From NCBI RefSeq assembly GCF_018350175.1, contig NC_058379.1, positions 73,160,001 to 73,224,000 of the forward strand: 64,000 nt of DNA, in the 5' to 3' direction. Source of the stretch: Felis catus. Its lineage: Eukaryota. Both the position numbers and the translations under genes were made by a program. Under the pieces are notes generated by a model that worked only from the letters and a program-made list of their open reading frames with translations, made no database searches and had not been told where the DNA came from. This document shows, piece after piece, positions 62,504 to 64,000 of the stretch (the stretch's first letter is position 1; each line of letters begins with the position of its first letter).

Positions 62504-63289
62504 CTAGAGCATAAAGGTGCACACAAACTAAAGAGACGAATTAGTTTTTGGTTTTTAGTGAATCGTAACTATCAGGTATAAATCTTCATATTACACTTAC
62601 TGTAGCTTAACTGTGATTCTGATAACAATAGGGCAGTTTGAAAATATTCCATTCATTTCACAAATATTTGAGCCCTTTTGACAGGTACCCAGCAATGTGG
62701 TTAGAGTTGTTTTTGTTTTTTTAAAGCAGTTTTAGAAAAATAAATCTTAATATTCCTCTGTACATTCAAGCAGCAAAATTAACCCAGAATAAAGGTTCTC
62801 TTAAGCTGAATCACAGAGCTTCACCTATACACACTACACTCACTTTTGGTAATCTGAGTTCCCTGTACTACCACTATCTTTTTTACCCTTAACACTTTTG
62901 TAACTATCAACCCAAAGTAACCCCACAATTAAGCAATAGAGAAAGCAATTTCAGCTTTCCCTTCCCATTCTGCCTATCTAAACATGGTACTTGACAATGC
63001 CCCTATGGACATCAATGCATGGTGACCAATGCAACAGATGAGGAAATAATGCACTCTGACCCCCATACCAATTTTTGGAAATTAAACTATTAAAAACAAA
63101 CTATTCAGCTGAATTCTGAATAAAGAGAGCTACGAAGCAGAGACCCATAGCATTTCAGGAAAAGTAAAAAGGTACAGAGGAAGAGATCTTCGGTCAAAGA
63201 GTTTCCCACACTGGCCACCAAGCAACACTGTTCACCGAGGAAGCTTGGAGCTTAGGAGGGTGCGATGCGGAAAAGAAAGGAACTCACAT

Positions 63290-63520
63290 GGGTCAAACAC
63301 TTTATTAGGGTTTTCATATTAATTCCTATTTACTCCTCGCAGTAATGCTAAGGGAAAGAGTGCACTACCTTACTTTCACAAATGAGAAATCTGAGGCCAT
63401 GCGAAGTTAAAAGAGTCACCCCATGACTGCCTGAGCTAATAAGTGGCAGAGCCTGCCTGGTTCCAAAGCCCGAATAAGTGGCAGAGCCTGCCTGGTTCCA
63501 AAGCCCGTCTCATTCTACAC
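63290..63520 (-). mobile_element. MIR with internal 35-bp tandem duplication
   Basis: tttcacaaatgagaaatctgaggc ... aagttaa ... taagtggcagagcc. Confidence 0.75.
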
Positions 63521-64000
63521 ACCGCCTCGGGGTTCCTACAGTAAATGCTAGACTCCCAAGTGGCATACGACTGACTGTAGCAAGGTTATATATACCCTGG
63601 AAGAAAAGCCCTTGCTTTTCCCTCCAATATGTTCACAGTCAGTGTGAGACGATAGTGGTGGCAATACACATACATGTATCTCTGAAGTTTAGAGGAAGAA
63701 AAATTGTGACAAAATGGTTACGTAAGATTAGCCGCCCTTGGGGCGGGGGTGGGGAGGGAAGCTTTCTTAGCAAAGATATTGGATGCTGTAATGCAATTAA
63801 ATTAGCATAATAACTCAAACTCTACTTGTTTAAATTCCTACACAATAAACCATCAAACAAGCAGCTCAATAAAAATAAGAGCTAATGGAAAAAAATCCAA
63901 TCATCCTATCCAGATGAGAATATTATTGCTACAAGTCCTTCTCCTCCACATCATCAAAAGTCAAAATAAAAACTACCCTTTCTCAAATCCTAATCCCAAA

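Larger units (their letters stand above)
62130..62510 (-). mobile_element. L2 3' end hosting the MBD2c exon
   Basis: Minus strand CTAGACTGTGAGCTCCATGAGGGCAGGGAC ... CCTAGCACACGGTAGGTACTTAATAAATGTTTG; the same motifs occur in the L2 copies at 12240-12600 and 12700-12980. Confidence 0.88.

Noticed and set aside
6745-63507. Short direct repeats as CRISPR-like arrays
   Set aside because: Mammalian DNA; repeats are adjacent tandem copies with no unique spacers.
48410-64000. MBD2 exon 2 (MBD C-terminal half) and the intronic snoRNA SNORA37
   Set aside because: No matching sequence seen; both are expected further 5', beyond the right edge.

Overview
Felid (cat-like) genomic DNA, judged from about 28 tRNA-derived CanSINE/SINEC_Fc-type elements; a draft assembly with eight N gaps. 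The window holds the 3' part of MBD2 (methyl-CpG-binding domain protein 2, NuRD subunit) on the minus strand: coding exons 3-6 (48272-48409, 25880-25970, 24389-24566, 19590-19716) and a non-coding last exon (from 15597 down to about 14490). Exons 1-2 lie beyond the right edge. Intron 2 also contains the alternative terminal exon of the short MBD2c/MBD2t isoform (62180-62503). That exon is an exonised L2 retroposon that supplies the acceptor, coding sequence and AATAAA. Here it carries a +1 shift relative to the human peptide as I recall it, giving a longer Cys-rich, hydrophobic tail. Positions 1-14.4 kb are downstream intergenic DNA with two CpG-retaining patches. The rest is ordinary mammalian repeats (SINEC, MIR, L2, L1, MLT1 LTR, MER5A/MER20/MER91/MER102, Tigger3). 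I found no convincing wholly new gene system. The best leads are the altered MBD2c exon, an Ala-to-Pro change in exon 5, a compact 3'UTR regulatory module, orphan CpG/gBGC patches, close inverted SINE pairs and several nested palindromes. Human sequences and repeat family names are from memory and need database confirmation.
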